A stretch of 64,000 bases of DNA from Thermofilaceae archaeon (GTDB lineage: Archaea; Thermoproteota; Thermoprotei; Thermofilales; Thermofilaceae), in the NCBI GenBank assembly GCA_027027675.1, contig JALVKT010000092.1, positions 4,854 to 68,853 of the forward strand, in the 5' to 3' direction. The notes beneath the pieces are model-generated. The model searched no databases, was not told the DNA's origin, and saw nothing but the letters and a program-made list of their open reading frames with translations. The translations under genes were made by a program, and so were the position numbers. Positions 62,348-64,000 of this stretch are shown piece by piece. Numbering within the stretch: the stretch's first letter is position 1; the number at the start of each line of letters is the position of its first letter.

Positions 62348-63569
62348 GCTTATACCTCAGTATAGCGGCTATCCCACCAAACGTTTTAAGCAACTCCTTA
62401 CCCTCACTCGTCTCCGTGGACACAAGCACGACCTCTGTTCCGCTTTGAGCGGCAAGCTCACTGAGCTCCTCTATCAAGAGCTTCTTCTCCACAATCTCCA
62501 TGTCTCCACCGCACTTAGGGCACTTAAGCTGCGAAATCTGTTCCTCAGTGAACGTACCCTCTATCTCGTGGCCACATTGCATACACTTCGCCTTAACCCT
62601 ATACTTGTTGAGCCCCTCAGACACGAGCAGAGTTTTTACGGCCCCCGCCTCTAGAGCACGCCGTATCTCCCTCTCACCGTAGAGGGCAAGCCCAGTATCC
62701 CTGGCCAAGTGGTAGAGAAACTCGTTCATCGCCTCCCGCTCCCGGATATACTGGGCGTCCTTCAACAGGTCCTTCGCTCTTTCAGCGAGCTCGTAGATGC
62801 CAGCGTACCCCCCATAGCCAACGTCGAATATCCCGATTATCTTCTTCTTCAGCTCGTAGTGGAGGTAGTCTCCCTCAGCGAACTCCTTCTTAGCGGGCCC
62901 GGGCCCACCAATGACTATCCCTTTAAGCTCGTCCTTTATCGGGAGAAAGATCTTGTTAGCGTGCTCCCCTATCCTCTTGTAAAACTCGTGGGTAAGCTGC
63001 TCAATTATCCTCTCAAACCTCCTAGCAGACTGGCCGCCAGCCCTGTGCTTCCCAGGTATACCTGAGGTAAGCTCATCCACCACATCCAGGGTTCTACCCC
63101 TAAGAATTCCTATAGCTGCCTCTCCCCTCTCAACGACTATAAGGCCGTAAGCCTCCTTAACACGTATCATGTCCTCCAGAATGTCGGTGTGAAACCTTGA
63201 GTCACACCTGTAAAGCCATATTTTCAGCTTCTGCGGGGGCTCGAGGAGGTGAATCTCCATTTCCTCGTTGCCCGGCGCGTCGCCAGCCACATAGCCAGCG
63301 AAGATTATGAGACCGTTAGGCGGAGTCTTCCTGAATAGCTTCAGCCTGTTTATTATCGCTGCCAGGGCGTCCATGACGTGGTGCCGTGTAACCCTGTCTT
63401 TGATGTTAGACGCCGTGGAATACTCGTACCAGAGAGTGTTCAAGACGTCAGATATGGGACGGCCAGCGGGAATGTACACTGAGACGAGCTCCGTCCCCCT
63501 ACCCTTCTTCTCCTTTAACTCCTTGACTAGCCTCTCAAGCTTTAACCTTTCAACCTCATCCATTGCCAA
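62334..63569 (-). CDS. prf1: peptide chain release factor aRF1
   Basis: The GGQSARRF motif, NIKD-type domain 1 (ASNIKDRVTR) and a C-terminal zinc-ribbon insert CMQCG...CPKCG. Confidence 0.9.
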   Translation of the reverse strand: MAMDEVERLKLERLVKELKEKKGRGTELVSVYIPAGRPISDVLNTLWYEYSTASNIKDRVTRHHVMDALAAIINRLKLFRKTPPNGLIIFAGYVAGDAPGNEEMEIHLLEPPQKLKIWLYRCDSRFHTDILEDMIRVKEAYGLIVVERGEAAIGILRGRTLDVVDELTSGIPGKHRAGGQSARRFERIIEQLTHEFYKRIGEHANKIFLPIKDELKGIVIGGPGPAKKEFAEGDYLHYELKKKIIGIFDVGYGGYAGIYELAERAKDLLKDAQYIREREAMNEFLYHLARDTGLALYGEREIRRALEAGAVKTLLVSEGLNKYRVKAKCMQCGHEIEGTFTEEQISQLKCPKCGGDMEIVEKKLLIEELSELAAQSGTEVVLVSTETSEGKELLKTFGGIAAILRYKLGGR

Positions 63570-63630
63570 CCCTGCACACCCGTGAAAGCGCCTTTATACG
63601 AGCCACCACCTAACCGCAATAGGTGATAAC

Positions 63631-64000
63631 GTGCTGGTTATAAAAATTGGAGGCCACCTCTTATTTGAAAAGGGCCGTCTACGCCGCAACTACATACGTT
63701 CTCTACTAGGCGCCATAAAAAAGCTGTCCAGGGAAGACGACCCAATAGTTGTTGTCGGCGGAGGCCAAGCGGCCAGAGAGTACGTCACAGCGGGTAGAGA
63801 ACTCGGCGTAAACGAGTCACTCCTCGACATGCTCGGCATACAAGCTTCAAGGGTAAACGCCGCTCTCCTCCACACGGCGTACCACGGCTCTCCCCCAGCC
63901 ATACCCACGACGATAGAGGAAGCTGGAAGGCTGTCAAGGCTCTACAAGCCCCTCTTCGTGGGCGGGCTACAGCCGGCCCAGTCAACCACGACTGTTGCCG
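63631..64000 (+). CDS. pyrH: uridylate kinase (archaeal PyrH), 3'-truncated at window edge
   Basis: Hand-translated from GTG 63631: VLVIKIGGHLLF...VVVGGGQAAREYV...LDMLGIQASRVNA...LFVGGLQPAQSTTTVA, an amino-acid kinase fold. It is absent from the ORF track because no stop falls within the window. Confidence 0.75.
   Translation, partial: MLVIKIGGHLLFEKGRLRRNYIRSLLGAIKKLSREDDPIVVVGGGQAAREYVTAGRELGVNESLLDMLGIQASRVNAALLHTAYHGSPPAIPTTIEEAGRLSRLYKPLFVGGLQPAQSTTTVA

Noticed and set aside
61959-62654. 231-aa ORF on the plus strand
   Set aside because: It is antisense to the methyltransferase and aRF1 genes, with a Ser/Pro/Leu-rich low-complexity translation. It is a shadow ORF.
1-64000. CRISPR arrays, cas genes, rRNA operons, IS elements
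   Set aside because: Reading both strands, I found no regularly spaced direct repeats, no Cas-like or transposase-like ORFs, and no rRNA-like conserved stretches.

Overview
This is a dense archaeal core-chromosome window. The organism is probably a hyperthermophilic crenarchaeote (Thermoproteota, Desulfurococcales-like). That is inferred from reverse gyrase, eukaryote-type ribosomal proteins L37e/L15e/S3Ae, TFB/TFE/Rpo subunits, tRNAs with encoded CCA, and a non-canonical tRNA intron. About 80 tightly packed genes are almost all housekeeping. They cover translation (aIF1, aIF2-gamma, aRF1, SerRS, CCA enzyme), transcription (2 TFB paralogs, Rpo7, Rpo12, Spt4, TFE-beta-like) and RNA processing (Rpp30, Pop5, Csl4, Gar1, Sm, beta-CASP, FAU-1). 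They also cover replication and repair (FEN1, DNA ligase, XPD, XPB-like, reverse gyrase), polyamine/hypusine metabolism (agmatinase, SAM decarboxylase, deoxyhypusine synthase), cofactor metabolism and a 4-subunit 2-oxoacid:ferredoxin oxidoreductase. Hand reading added items the ORF track misses. These are tandem SRP RNA and RNase P RNA, an intron-containing tRNA-Arg(UCU), an orphan tRNA 3' half, a candidate C/D-box sRNA, RpoP, Gar1, a 50-aa zinc-ribbon ORF and a 3'-truncated pyrH. I saw no CRISPR array, transposase, integrase or recognisable defence island, so I cannot claim a clear novel system. The best candidates for follow-up are: (1) the promoter-equipped orphan tRNA 3' half, a possible split tRNA; (2) the adjacent FlaI-type ATPase fused to a winged-helix domain, divergently paired with a FlaJ/TadC-type membrane protein and lacking any pilin genes; (3) a 724-aa transaldolase-fold protein; (4) a TFB whose zinc ribbon has no canonical start codon; (5) an orphan C5 DNA methyltransferase placed directly behind RNase P RNA. 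All family calls come from motif recognition by eye, and no database search was run.
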